A stretch of 29,882 nt of DNA from a virus. Lineage: Duplodnaviria > Caudoviricetes. The DNA lies in the IMG/VR virus record IMGVR_UViG_3300044724_002702, positions 1 through 29,882 of that record; one strand, given 5' to 3'. The translations under genes and the position numbers were made by a program. A model generated the notes under the pieces. The model was not told where the DNA came from and did no database searches. It saw only the letters and a program-made list of their open reading frames with translations. Numbering within the stretch: the stretch's first letter is position 1; every line of letters begins with the position of its first letter. Shown piece after piece: positions 7,819-15,876 of this stretch.

Positions 7819-7824
7819 ATCAGA

Positions 7825-8139
7825 TCACCACTTAACCTTGTCGGCCCAGTATGCTGCTGACATTTTTCCTTTTGCAATGTTACGTGCGTGACGAGCTTTA
7901 AATGAACGACGACGGGCAGCGTATGAGGAAGACTCTCCTTTTTTCTTAGGAGAGCCCTTCACGCCTTGCTGACCAAAGCGAATAGTTTTTACTTTATCGC
8001 CTACTTTGGCGACAACAACATGAGACTTCTTTGGGTGTTTCGGAGTTCTTTTTGGCTTATTGTAGCCAGAAACACCCGCTCTAGCGAGACGAGGATCTTT
8101 TTTCCTCTTAACGCTTTTTCTTCGTTTTCTAACTGCCAT
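7825..8139 (-). CDS. highly basic small viral protein
   Basis: K/R-rich; motifs KTIRFGQQG, RRRSFKARH, SAAYWADKVKW; AGGAG SD. Confidence 0.85.
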   Translation of the reverse strand: MAVRKRRKSVKRKKDPRLARAGVSGYNKPKRTPKHPKKSHVVVAKVGDKVKTIRFGQQGVKGSPKKKGESSSYAARRRSFKARHARNIAKGKMSAAYWADKVKW

Positions 8140-8149
8140 TGATTGCTCC

Positions 8150-8887
8150 TTAGCTTAGATCTTCTAGTATAAGATCAAAGATAGCGCCCATCTCAGATGT
8201 AGCGCCTGCTTTTGATCGTATTTGTATATCTGTTTTTTCTGTAAAGATTAAAGGTACTGGGTAATCATAATTAATTACTGCAGAAAAAGTACCAAACTCT
8301 CCTTTCACTTGCCAAGCTCCAGTTGCAGACTTAGACCTAAGTTGTGCATTTGCTTCTTGGTTTTTAGAAAGAGATACTTGTAGTTTAAGTAGGTGCGCTC
8401 GATATCCTGCTGGAACAGTGTAAACAGCCATTAGTGTTTGACCTTTTCCTTCAGTAACTCTAGCAACGGCTTGCCCGCCAATAGAAGCAGTAATATTGCC
8501 CACATTGGTTTCTGCACTTCCCGCAGTGGCTACTCTCATTCTAAAGATTCGTAGAAATTCTCCATTCGTTACCGAAGCAGAAGTACCAGTAAGAGTAATT
8601 GTTTCTGTAAGCTCATTGTAGTTTGCATCTAACCCTTGGATTTCAAGGGTTCTGGCACCAGTACCGACAGGCGAAGAACCATCATCATTTCCAGATGCAG
8701 AAACTACAGAGACTACTCCAGCGGAAGATGGGAGCACACTTGTACCCAAGTCTGTAACAGGAGCATAGGTTCCACCTACACTAGTATTATAGCCAAACTT
8801 ATTGATATGCTTATATCGAGTATGGCGAACATAAAAGTCCCCATTACTATTAAACTTAGCTCCAAATAGTCCTGTTATACTAATCAT
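8150..8887 (-). CDS. beta-rich hypothetical protein, possibly virion-associated
   Basis: 245 aa, G/T/S-rich, no signal peptide; ATGA-coupled to the upstream gene. Confidence 0.7.
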   Translation of the reverse strand: MISITGLFGAKFNSNGDFYVRHTRYKHINKFGYNTSVGGTYAPVTDLGTSVLPSSAGVVSVVSASGNDDGSSPVGTGARTLEIQGLDANYNELTETITLTGTSASVTNGEFLRIFRMRVATAGSAETNVGNITASIGGQAVARVTEGKGQTLMAVYTVPAGYRAHLLKLQVSLSKNQEANAQLRSKSATGAWQVKGEFGTFSAVINYDYPVPLIFTEKTDIQIRSKAGATSEMGAIFDLILEDLS

Positions 8888-9084
8888 TTCTTTTTCCTTC
8901 CTAATCTTTGTCTTTCTGCTAACAAAGATTTAGGCACGCGCTTCCCCTCTTTATAGAGTTTAGCAATACGCTTGATTACTCGCGCTAGTTTAGCTCGACG
9001 AGAGCCAGCAGTACCAGTAAGATACTTTTTATTGACTCCCGTCTTTTTATCTTTAACTGCGCGCCTTCTTTTTCTTTTTGCCAT
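8884..9084 (-). CDS. highly basic small protein
   Basis: likely start MAKRKRRR at 9084; K/R-rich throughout. Confidence 0.75.
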   Translation of the reverse strand: MAKRKRRRAVKDKKTGVNKKYLTGTAGSRRAKLARVIKRIAKLYKEGKRVPKSLLAERQRLGRKKK

Positions 9085-9190
9085 GTTCGTCATTTCCGTA
9101 ACCAATGAGTGCCCAAACAGCAGCTACTTGGTTTCCCGTCTTTTTCAAAACATTTTTATAGCGTCTAATACTTTCTTTTCTTTTTCCCAT
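9053..9190 (-). CDS. possible small basic protein (45 aa, not in ORF track)
   Basis: MGKRKESIRRYKNVLKKTGNQVAAVWALIGYGNDEHGKKKKKARS; overlaps both neighbours, weak SD. Confidence 0.45.
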   Translation of the reverse strand: MGKRKESIRRYKNVLKKTGNQVAAVWALIGYGNDEHGKKKKKARS

Positions 9191-9227
9191 TTTTCTTTTT
9201 CTTTTTCTTCCCTGAATGCATTGCCAT
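9165..9227 (-). CDS. 20-aa poly-lysine micropeptide (not in ORF track)
   Basis: MAMHSGKKKKKKNGKKKRKY; GGAG SD and TGATG coupling to upstream ORF. Confidence 0.55.
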   Translation of the reverse strand: MAMHSGKKKKKKNGKKKRKY

Positions 9228-9340
9228 CAGACATCTCCACTCAAGTCATTTGCTTTAATTTTTGCCATAACAATATGGCCCCATTTTTGCCAAGCCCATA
9301 GGCCGGCTACACCAACTACTACACCAATAATAAAATCCAT
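9227..9340 (-). CDS. small single-TM protein (37 aa, not in ORF track)
   Basis: MDFIIGVVVGVAGLWAWQKWGHIVMAKIKANDLSGDV; TAATG coupling, AGGA SD. Confidence 0.65.
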   Translation of the reverse strand: MDFIIGVVVGVAGLWAWQKWGHIVMAKIKANDLSGDV

Positions 9341-9642
9341 TACTTTTTCCTTCTTAAGTCCGTGTCATGTTTGACAGATCCTCGGATAAACGAATTCACA
9401 CGTGCGTGTGCCCAGCGTGACATAGTCATTCCTGGTCGTGATCCACTTGATAAAAATGCACCCTGACCTCTTCGATATACTTTAGTCAAGGTTGATAGAG
9501 AATACCCGCTTTTCTTTGCTTTTGCAGCAAGACTCTTTCGTACTGCTTGAGATAGCGGCTTGGCTTTCCTTTTAGGGGCAGCCTTTCTTTTGGTGGGGGA
9601 CTTTCTACGTTTAGTAGTAGTCTTTCTTTTTCGGACGGCCAT
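9340..9642 (-). CDS. highly basic viral protein (DUF5824-like by recollection)
   Basis: K/R-rich N-terminus; KVYRRGQGAF..SGSRPG...WAHARVNSF; AGGAG SD. Confidence 0.8.
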   Translation of the reverse strand: MAVRKRKTTTKRRKSPTKRKAAPKRKAKPLSQAVRKSLAAKAKKSGYSLSTLTKVYRRGQGAFLSSGSRPGMTMSRWAHARVNSFIRGSVKHDTDLRRKK

Positions 9643-9830
9643 AGGTTTCTCCTACAGCTTTGCCTGTAAAAGGCGATAGGGCGGGGGCGCGTAAAGACTT
9701 TAAGGCTGTGGGTGCCACCCCCAAGGAGAGGTTGAAGGGCTTGCGCGGCTAAAAGCAAGTCTTATCTTCTGATGCACCCCTCTATAAAATGGCAAGTTGC
9801 TTGCCATGCGCACACTGGCGCACTCATTTA
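9643..9830 (-). promoter_or_regulatory. structured ~188-nt 5' leader with SD-occluding hairpin (fourU-like)
   Basis: GC-rich, several stems; CUUUUACAG-GCAAAG-CUGUAGGAG pairs UUUU with AGGA of the SD. Confidence 0.6.
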
Positions 9831-9836
9831 ACACCT

Positions 9837-9865
9837 ATTATAAGTTAATTAGGGCAAAAAGTCAA
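9837..9865 (-). promoter_or_regulatory. sigma70-type promoter
   Basis: minus strand AAAAATAATTC-TTGACT-17 bp-TATAAT. Confidence 0.9.
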
Positions 9866-9913
9866 GAATTATTTTTGCGGAGGTCACTCGTAAACTGACG
9901 ACCAGTTCACATT

Positions 9914-10126
9914 TTAGCAATCTGGGTCAAAATCCATCCATTCGTCAAGTTCTGTAGGCTCTGTGTAATGCTCCTCGTCTCGACTTATTTCTTCGGCGAT
10001 AGCAAAGAGTACAAGCTCGTAGGCTTGGTCATAACAAATATCAAAGCGAGCCATAACTTCACGAGTAATTTCCTCTTCCGGCTCGCCCCACATAGCTAGG
10101 ACTATACTATCAATATCAACTATCAT
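9914..10126 (-). CDS. small acidic hypothetical protein
   Basis: 70 aa, ends PTELDEWMDFDPDC. Confidence 0.7.
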   Translation of the reverse strand: MIVDIDSIVLAMWGEPEEEITREVMARFDICYDQAYELVLFAIAEEISRDEEHYTEPTELDEWMDFDPDC

Positions 10127-10127
10127 T

Positions 10128-10436
10128 TTATCTTCTCATTCTAGCAAGATCTTTCATCTGCTCTTGGTCTATTATCGGTACAGCATTAGACTTGTGCATG
10201 GTTCCGATACCTTTAACAAGGTTTCCTGTGTATCGTGGGCTTTCCATACGAGGGGCAACTCCAACTGTATCGGGGGCTGACTTGTAGACTCTTGATTCTG
10301 CGAGTCGTTGTTCTGCGTAAGTTGGAACACTCTTCGCTGTGATTGTTGGCGTTGCAAACTTTTTCTTACGTTTGGCATAGGTTTTTCTTTTCCTCCCACT
10401 AGTTGTATAATTAATGCTTCCTTTAATAATTGGCAT
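10128..10436 (-). CDS. basic hypothetical phage protein
   Basis: start MPIIKG at 10436 (GGAG SD); motif YTGNLVKGIGTMHKSNAVPII. Confidence 0.8.
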   Translation of the reverse strand: MPIIKGSINYTTSGRKRKTYAKRKKKFATPTITAKSVPTYAEQRLAESRVYKSAPDTVGVAPRMESPRYTGNLVKGIGTMHKSNAVPIIDQEQMKDLARMRR

Positions 10437-10456
10437 ACTTATCTCCATAAAACAAT

Positions 10457-10485
10457 ATTATATATGAAAACAGTTATTGAGTCAA
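10457..10485 (-). promoter_or_regulatory. sigma70-type promoter
   Basis: minus strand TTGACT-17 bp-TATAAT. Confidence 0.8.
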
Positions 10486-10491
10486 GTATTA

Positions 10492-11070
10492 TTACCAGTT
10501 AAACTCCTGTATATCTCCATTAAATCCATGGTGATTATAGGGAAAAGGAAGTTTGTGTGAAATTCGTTCTATGTCTCCCCAGTCGTAAGTTAGTCCTGGA
10601 AGTAGAAAATTACCTGCCGAAGCTATGACCGAGATATTATAATCATACTGCTTTATATGACAAGAAGAGCAATCATAGCCTGCTAGTACCAAATTATACA
10701 TTAATAGTCCAGCATTCCATATAGAAACATGGCCTCCCACTATCTGTGGTTTTGCTGGGGGCACAGTAATAGCAATATATCCATCTTCTTTTGTCAAGCT
10801 GCGGCATTTTTTCAGAAAAGCATTAACATTTAGTTGATGTTCTAATATATGGGAGGCCCATACCAAATCATACTTTTCATCTGTCTCATACAACATAAAG
10901 TCGGCTGCAATACTACCTTCGTATTCGCCAGTAATATCTACAGAAGTTACAGTTTTCCCCGCATCTTTAAAAGCATCTGAGTGATAGCCCGTACCACATC
11001 CTACATCCAGTACAGTTACAATACTAAGATTTTTAATGCAAAAATCAAAAGCATCTTGAGCAAACATCAT
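10492..11070 (-). CDS. class I SAM-dependent methyltransferase
   Basis: VLDVGCGTG motif I; YDLVWASHILEH; GYIAITVP. Confidence 0.9.
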   Translation of the reverse strand: MMFAQDAFDFCIKNLSIVTVLDVGCGTGYHSDAFKDAGKTVTSVDITGEYEGSIAADFMLYETDEKYDLVWASHILEHQLNVNAFLKKCRSLTKEDGYIAITVPPAKPQIVGGHVSIWNAGLLMYNLVLAGYDCSSCHIKQYDYNISVIASAGNFLLPGLTYDWGDIERISHKLPFPYNHHGFNGDIQEFNW

Positions 11071-12065
11071 AGTAATTCTTTTAACCTTTTAATAGTAGAC
11101 TCTTTATCGTGGCAAAGATACTCTGTGCAATACCAACTAATCCACTTACGGGATAAGTCTCTATCCCACCAACTCAAATCTCTAACAAACTCTTTTACTT
11201 GTAAAAGATGGCGTAAGTCTTTCGTCACCCAGTGATACTCTGGATAGCCATAAGAAATGATAGGTACTTCGTGAAGTAAACATTCAATTCCTGCAGTACT
11301 GTTTTCCAAGACTGCTACTCTAGTCTTTGGAAGAATATCGTGAAGCGAAGTAAAGTCATTAATAACCGTTACTCCACTAAGAGTCCAGGCTTCAATTACT
11401 CGCTTCCAATAGTCCCAATCGCTAGCAGGGGTTCGCACCTTCATGTACGGATGAAGTTTTACAACTATCTTATACTCGCCCAATATTAAAAGCTGTTCTA
11501 CTATAGCTTCTAGCTTTCGATAGTGGTGTCCAAAAGACATTTTAGTAGTAGTTTCATCTCCCCCCATTTGACCGAGTACTAAGACGTGATCTTGTGGGAT
11601 TGCTTGCACTCGAATGTCTTGAAAATGTTCTTCGTGCCAACCTATATCACTCCACTTTGTTCTCTTGCCTTCAATTAGCTTTTTCGCAGTTGTCTCAAAA
11701 AAGAAATAATCATCGGCTCCTTCAAACGAAGGTCTCTGATAAGTTATAGAACTATTAGCCGCATACCCTACAGGATCAATAGAAAAATATCCGTTATCCG
11801 GGCCCGTAGGTTTCCAAATTAAAGTTTTCTCTGGGCCTAATTTACTAGAGTACTTTAATTCGTCTATAGTAACATGATTAAATATAGAAAGATCCGGGGC
11901 TTTGTGCAATTCCCTAGGGACACCTAAATCCCTAGAAAAAGAAAGAGACTTATCTGCTCTAACGTCATATCCGAGTTTTTCTAGCGCATAGAAAATTACC
12001 GCAGACATTTCTGTCCACGGTAATTCCATCTCAGAATAACGATTTCCTAAGAAGTTTGCCTTCAT
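11067..12065 (-). CDS. capsule-polysaccharide-synthesis-like (KpsS/KpsC-type) glycosyltransferase
   Basis: VLVLGQ..GD, IVVKLHP and NSTAGIECLL...PIISYG motifs. Confidence 0.65.
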   Translation of the reverse strand: MKANFLGNRYSEMELPWTEMSAVIFYALEKLGYDVRADKSLSFSRDLGVPRELHKAPDLSIFNHVTIDELKYSSKLGPEKTLIWKPTGPDNGYFSIDPVGYAANSSITYQRPSFEGADDYFFFETTAKKLIEGKRTKWSDIGWHEEHFQDIRVQAIPQDHVLVLGQMGGDETTTKMSFGHHYRKLEAIVEQLLILGEYKIVVKLHPYMKVRTPASDWDYWKRVIEAWTLSGVTVINDFTSLHDILPKTRVAVLENSTAGIECLLHEVPIISYGYPEYHWVTKDLRHLLQVKEFVRDLSWWDRDLSRKWISWYCTEYLCHDKESTIKRLKELL

Positions 12066-12214
12066 CTACCTTGGCCTCGGTACGCTTTATGTGACCGCTT
12101 CTTATGCTTATTCATACTAGAAGTTTTTAAGCTCGCAGGATTTGCGCTCTGCGAAGTCTTTTTAAAAATAGGCTCGTGTACTGCCTTACCAAAAACACTC
12201 GCTTTTTTAGCCAT
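12062..12214 (-). CDS. small basic protein ending YRGQGR (50 aa, not in ORF track)
   Basis: MAKKASVFGKAVHEPIFKKTSQSANPASLKTSSMNKHKKRSHKAYRGQGR; AGGAG SD; overlaps both neighbours. Confidence 0.75.
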   Translation of the reverse strand: MAKKASVFGKAVHEPIFKKTSQSANPASLKTSSMNKHKKRSHKAYRGQGR

Positions 12215-12524
12215 CTAATTCTCCTAAGTCTGCTTCTTTAACAAAAATACCATTAATCATTTTGCCTTTACGATCCTTAATATCGTTATAAGCTACCTCT
12301 AAACACTCACCCAAAGTAAGCCCTTGGCGTTCTATGATATTTAGTAAAATAACTAGAATATCTCCGATATCGTCACGCACATCGTTTCCTTTGCACACGT
12401 TGTCTGATAGCTCGCCTACCTCTTGAATAAGTTTTAAAACTTGGTCTTTATCTGTACTTCCCAGTACAAGATTTCGTTCGTGGTGCCACGCTATGACACG
12501 ACCCAATAATTCATGAAAATCCAT
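12207..12524 (-). CDS. mazG: MazG-like nucleoside triphosphate pyrophosphohydrolase
   Basis: KLIQEVGEL...DDIGDILV acidic motif; AAGGAG SD. Confidence 0.85.
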   Translation of the reverse strand: MDFHELLGRVIAWHHERNLVLGSTDKDQVLKLIQEVGELSDNVCKGNDVRDDIGDILVILLNIIERQGLTLGECLEVAYNDIKDRKGKMINGIFVKEADLGELDG

Positions 12525-12551
12525 ATATACTTTCTCCTTTTTACGGGTACT

Positions 12552-12580
12552 ATTATATCAATTAACGGACGATTTGTCAA
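12552..12580 (-). promoter_or_regulatory. sigma70-type promoter, leftward member of divergent pair
   Basis: minus strand TTGACA-17 bp-TATAAT. Confidence 0.9.
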
Positions 12581-12617
12581 GAACTTTTTAGCGGTAACAC
12601 CTAAAAAATTTTAGTTC

Positions 12618-12647
12618 TTGACATGAGCAGGTAGTTAGTGATATAAT
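12618..12647 (+). promoter_or_regulatory. sigma70-type promoter, rightward member of divergent pair
   Basis: TTGACA-18 bp-TATAAT with extended -10 TG. Confidence 0.85.
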
Positions 12648-12652
12648 AGTCA

Positions 12653-12751
12653 CTGTAAATGATGCCAGTATATCTGCGTTATTTACGTTTAACCCATTAA
12701 CTTAAACGCTTCCGAAAGGGGCAATCGATCTTACTGTAAAGGAGAAAGATT
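12653..12751 (+). promoter_or_regulatory. ROSE-like structured hsp20 leader (candidate RNA thermometer)
   Basis: four consecutive hairpins; last one TCTTACT-GTAA-AGGAGA pairs the SD with one bulged base. Confidence 0.55.
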
Positions 12752-13150
12752 ATGTATAAAACTGAAATTGAAAAGCACTTTGATAAGCTATTTGTTGGCT
12801 TTGATAATTTTTATAACCTACCTGCACTAACCACAAAACTGGAGTACCCACGCTACAATATAGGCAAGCATGATACTGGCTATGAGATCATGGTTGCATT
12901 GCCTGGCTGGAGCAAAGAAGCAGTATCTATCGAGCTTCATGACGGCAACCTCACTGTAAAAGGTGTTAAACAAGAAGAGACTACCAAAGTAAACTGGGTT
13001 CATAAAGGTATTTCTGGTAAGGCTTTTGAAAAAGCATTTAAAGTCGACACTGCTTTAGAAGTAAAGAAAGCCTCATTAGTAGACGGTATGTTGCATATCA
13101 GTTTAGAATACACGCCCTCTAGCAAGCCCGTAACTATTCCTGTGGAGTAG
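12752..13150 (+). CDS. hsp20: small heat-shock protein (Hsp20/IbpA family)
   Basis: YPRYNI, VALPG, HKGISGKAFEKAF, ASLVDGMLHI, terminal ITIPV-type motif. Confidence 0.93.
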   Translation: MYKTEIEKHFDKLFVGFDNFYNLPALTTKLEYPRYNIGKHDTGYEIMVALPGWSKEAVSIELHDGNLTVKGVKQEETTKVNWVHKGISGKAFEKAFKVDTALEVKKASLVDGMLHISLEYTPSSKPVTIPVE

Positions 13151-13164
13151 TATGGAGATGAAAA

Positions 13165-13425
13165 ATGTTAGAGATCGTAAAAGAATGGAAAAGGGAAATA
13201 TTTTTATTTTTCCTTCTCCCTTTGATAGCGGTTGTATCAACGGCGGTAGAAGCCAATGAAGAAGAAGTCATAGTGACAGCAGTAAAATTAGATTATAAAG
13301 AAATTTCTGATCTTGCTGCGATTGGGTTGAGTAGCATATACTTAATTCATGAATATGATGAGGTAAAACAAGAGTGGCGGTTTATTCGAGCTTCCAACGA
13401 GAAGAAAGAAGAAACAGACGCTTAA
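13165..13425 (+). CDS. small secreted protein with TonB-box-like motif
   Basis: hydrophobic signal ending AVEA followed by NEEEVIVTA; GGAG SD. Confidence 0.7.
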   Translation: MLEIVKEWKREIFLFFLLPLIAVVSTAVEANEEEVIVTAVKLDYKEISDLAAIGLSSIYLIHEYDEVKQEWRFIRASNEKKEETDA

Positions 13426-13442
13426 TTAGGCAATTTGCCAAT

Positions 13443-13463
13443 GGGGCCGCCAGGCCCCTTTTT
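13443..13463 (+). terminator. intrinsic terminator
   Basis: GGGGCC-GCCA-GGCCCC-TTTTT. Confidence 0.8.
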
Positions 13464-13474
13464 AGGATGAAAAA

Positions 13475-13921
13475 ATGAATAGACAAAATGTTTTTGAGCA
13501 GCTAAAGATTGATGAAGGAGTAGTCAATGAAATTTATTTGGACCATCTTGGGTACCCAACCTTCGGAGTGGGACATCTCGTGCTTGAGTCAGATCCAGAG
13601 CACGGAGCAGAAGTCGGAACACCTGTCAGCGAAGAAAGAGTTCGAGAATGTTTTGAGCGCGATCTCGATGTGGCTATAAGTGAGTGTAAGTTTCTATTCG
13701 GAGATGTTACATGGGAATCTTTTCCCGATGAAGTAAAAGAGATTCTAGTAAATATGATGTTTAATATGGGTAGAACTCGTCTTGGTAAGTTTAAAAACTT
13801 CAAAGCCGCTTTAGAGGCAGGAGACTGGAGAAAGGCTGCAGTAGAAGGACGTGATTCTCTTTGGTACAGACAAGTAACAAATAGAGCCGAAAGATTAATG
13901 AAGAGAATGGAAGAAGTGTGA
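13475..13921 (+). CDS. endolysin, T4-lysozyme-like (GH24)
   Basis: DEG...YLDHLGYPTFGVGH catalytic E/D/T pattern; NMMFNMG; SLWYRQVTNRAERL. Confidence 0.9.
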   Translation: MNRQNVFEQLKIDEGVVNEIYLDHLGYPTFGVGHLVLESDPEHGAEVGTPVSEERVRECFERDLDVAISECKFLFGDVTWESFPDEVKEILVNMMFNMGRTRLGKFKNFKAALEAGDWRKAAVEGRDSLWYRQVTNRAERLMKRMEEV

Positions 13922-14514
13922 TTCCAAAGCTATATCCCAACTGCCATGCAATAATAGCTGCTCCGGGTCCGTCACTTACGGACGAAGTAGTAGAAATCTT
14001 ACGATCTGTGCAAGATAGATTCGTAATCGTTGGCGTGGGAGACGCTTATAAAAAGATTGACTTTATGGACGAGCATTATGCTTGTGATGGCCGATGGTGG
14101 AAAATACATGGCGATAAAGTAAATGAGCTATGTCCGAATACTAACAAGTGGAGCCATGATGAAGAAGGCACGCTTTATGGGGCAAAACAAATAGTTGGTG
14201 CCAAAAACCCGGGGTTTTCTGAGTCTCCTGACAGAATTCATACAGGGCAAAACTCTGGATATCAAGCTCTTAATCTAGTATACCTTTGGGGCTGCACTAA
14301 AATAATTTTAGTTGGGTACAATATGAAAAGAGTAGGCTCTAAGTCTCATTTCTTTGAAGGACGAGAACCTACATTGAGCAGAGAAAGCCCCTATCAAACA
14401 TTTGTTAAGAACTTCAGAACTATACAGCCACACATTAAAAGCATAGTTGTAAACTGCACCCCTGATTCAGCACTAGATGCTTTTCGAAAGTCAACCTTGG
14501 AACAAGAATTATGA
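13918..14514 (+). CDS. MAF/DUF115-like (sialyltransferase-related fold) putative sugar transferase
   Basis: IIAAPGPSL; NSGYQALNLVYLWGCTKIILVGYNM; VVNCTP.SAL..F. Confidence 0.55.
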   Translation: MIPKLYPNCHAIIAAPGPSLTDEVVEILRSVQDRFVIVGVGDAYKKIDFMDEHYACDGRWWKIHGDKVNELCPNTNKWSHDEEGTLYGAKQIVGAKNPGFSESPDRIHTGQNSGYQALNLVYLWGCTKIILVGYNMKRVGSKSHFFEGREPTLSRESPYQTFVKNFRTIQPHIKSIVVNCTPDSALDAFRKSTLEQEL

Positions 14515-15056
14515 CAGAACTACCCAAACATTTAGGCGGGCACTCTAATAGAACGCATCTTGATTTAAATAATTTAATCTACTTAAAAGAAAAGTTTAAT
14601 ATTCAAACTATGGTAGATATAGGGTGTGGCCCAGGCGGAATGATTAGAGAAGCAAATAGTAGGGGAATTACTGCTTGTGGAATTGATGGTGACTTTACTT
14701 TAAACTTTAATGGTATTGACGTAGTATTAAACGACTTTACTAAGTCCCCGTATAAGTTTGGTAAGAATTTTGACTTAGCATGGTCGGTAGAATTTGTTGA
14801 ACACGTCTCAGAAGAGTATATACCTAACTATATGCCTATATTTCAAGAGGCTAAGTATGTTTTTATGACTTTTTCTCCTTTTGAAAACTTTTTTCATTAC
14901 AATGTTAAGGATAGCGCATATTGGATACAAGTGTTCGAGCAGTATGGCTTTATTCATGACCAAGAAGAAACCTCTTTTATAAGAAAAAATAGCTCTATGC
15001 AAAGGGACTTCGTTAGAACTTGTGGACACTTTTTTAAAAACCAGAGTATTATATAA
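14511..15056 (+). CDS. class I SAM-dependent methyltransferase
   Basis: MVDIGCGPG; GIDGD; FDLAWSVEFVEH. Confidence 0.88.
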   Translation: MTELPKHLGGHSNRTHLDLNNLIYLKEKFNIQTMVDIGCGPGGMIREANSRGITACGIDGDFTLNFNGIDVVLNDFTKSPYKFGKNFDLAWSVEFVEHVSEEYIPNYMPIFQEAKYVFMTFSPFENFFHYNVKDSAYWIQVFEQYGFIHDQEETSFIRKNSSMQRDFVRTCGHFFKNQSII

Positions 15057-15060
15057 CATT

Positions 15061-15876
15061 ATGTTTAACGAAGCAAAAATATTTTATAGAGCTACCCCTC
15101 ACCAAGAGTGGATGGCACATATGTGGGGAAAAGGGTTCGCCTCTCACGGAGTGCAGTATACTACTCAGTTTCACGAGCCTAGAGGAGATTATAATTCTTT
15201 ATTAGTTGTTTGGGGAGAAAAGCATAGAATACAATATGGAAATAGGTTTAAACACGTTTTAGTTAATGAACGTGCTTACTTTCAAGATAGGTTTAAGTTT
15301 GTATCTTGCGGGTATAACGGTCTAAATGGTCATGCAGATTTTTTAAATAAAGATATGCCTCCCGACAGATTTAATAAACACTTTAATGATGGAAGGCTAA
15401 AACCTTGGAACCCAAAAGGAGAGTATATATTACTTGCTCTTCAAATTCCCGGCGATAATTCATTAAACGGGGTCAAGTATTCCTATCCAGAAATTATTTC
15501 GCAATTAAATAAAAGAGGGTTTACAGTAAAAGTTCGGCAACACCCTTCTAGACCTAACAAAATGAATTTATCCGGAGTTGAGTTTTTACCACATGAGCAA
15601 CCAATCGAAGAGCAATTAGAAAAATGTCAAGCAGTAGTCGCCGTTAGCTCTAATGTAAGTGTAGATGCTATGGTTGCAGGAAAGCCCGTTCTTAATTTTA
15701 GTGATTATTCTATGGTTTGGGATATGGCTTTAAAATCCTATGACGAGTTACTAGAAGAACAGCCTGAGCCAGAAAATCGAATGCAGTGGTGCTACGACTT
15801 GGCTTATACTCAGTGGTTACCAGAAGAAATAGAGTCAGGAGAGGCGTGGGAACACCTTAAAAAGTTTTATGATTGA
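15061..15876 (+). CDS. capsule-synthesis-like glycosyltransferase
   Basis: YILLALQIPGD, VKVRQHP, SSNVSVDAMVAGKPV; start at 15061 avoids overlap (track gives 15022). Confidence 0.65.
   Translation: MFNEAKIFYRATPHQEWMAHMWGKGFASHGVQYTTQFHEPRGDYNSLLVVWGEKHRIQYGNRFKHVLVNERAYFQDRFKFVSCGYNGLNGHADFLNKDMPPDRFNKHFNDGRLKPWNPKGEYILLALQIPGDNSLNGVKYSYPEIISQLNKRGFTVKVRQHPSRPNKMNLSGVEFLPHEQPIEEQLEKCQAVVAVSSNVSVDAMVAGKPVLNFSDYSMVWDMALKSYDELLEEQPEPENRMQWCYDLAYTQWLPEEIESGEAWEHLKKFYD

Noticed and set aside
9690-9780. HDV-like/theta ribozyme in the leader pseudoknot
   Set aside because: Spacing between the candidate P2 and P1 strands is ~40 nt and P1.1/P3 elements are missing.
9888-9913. Short hairpin GTGAACTG/CAGTTTAC (-) as a terminator
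   Set aside because: No following U-tract; weak stem.
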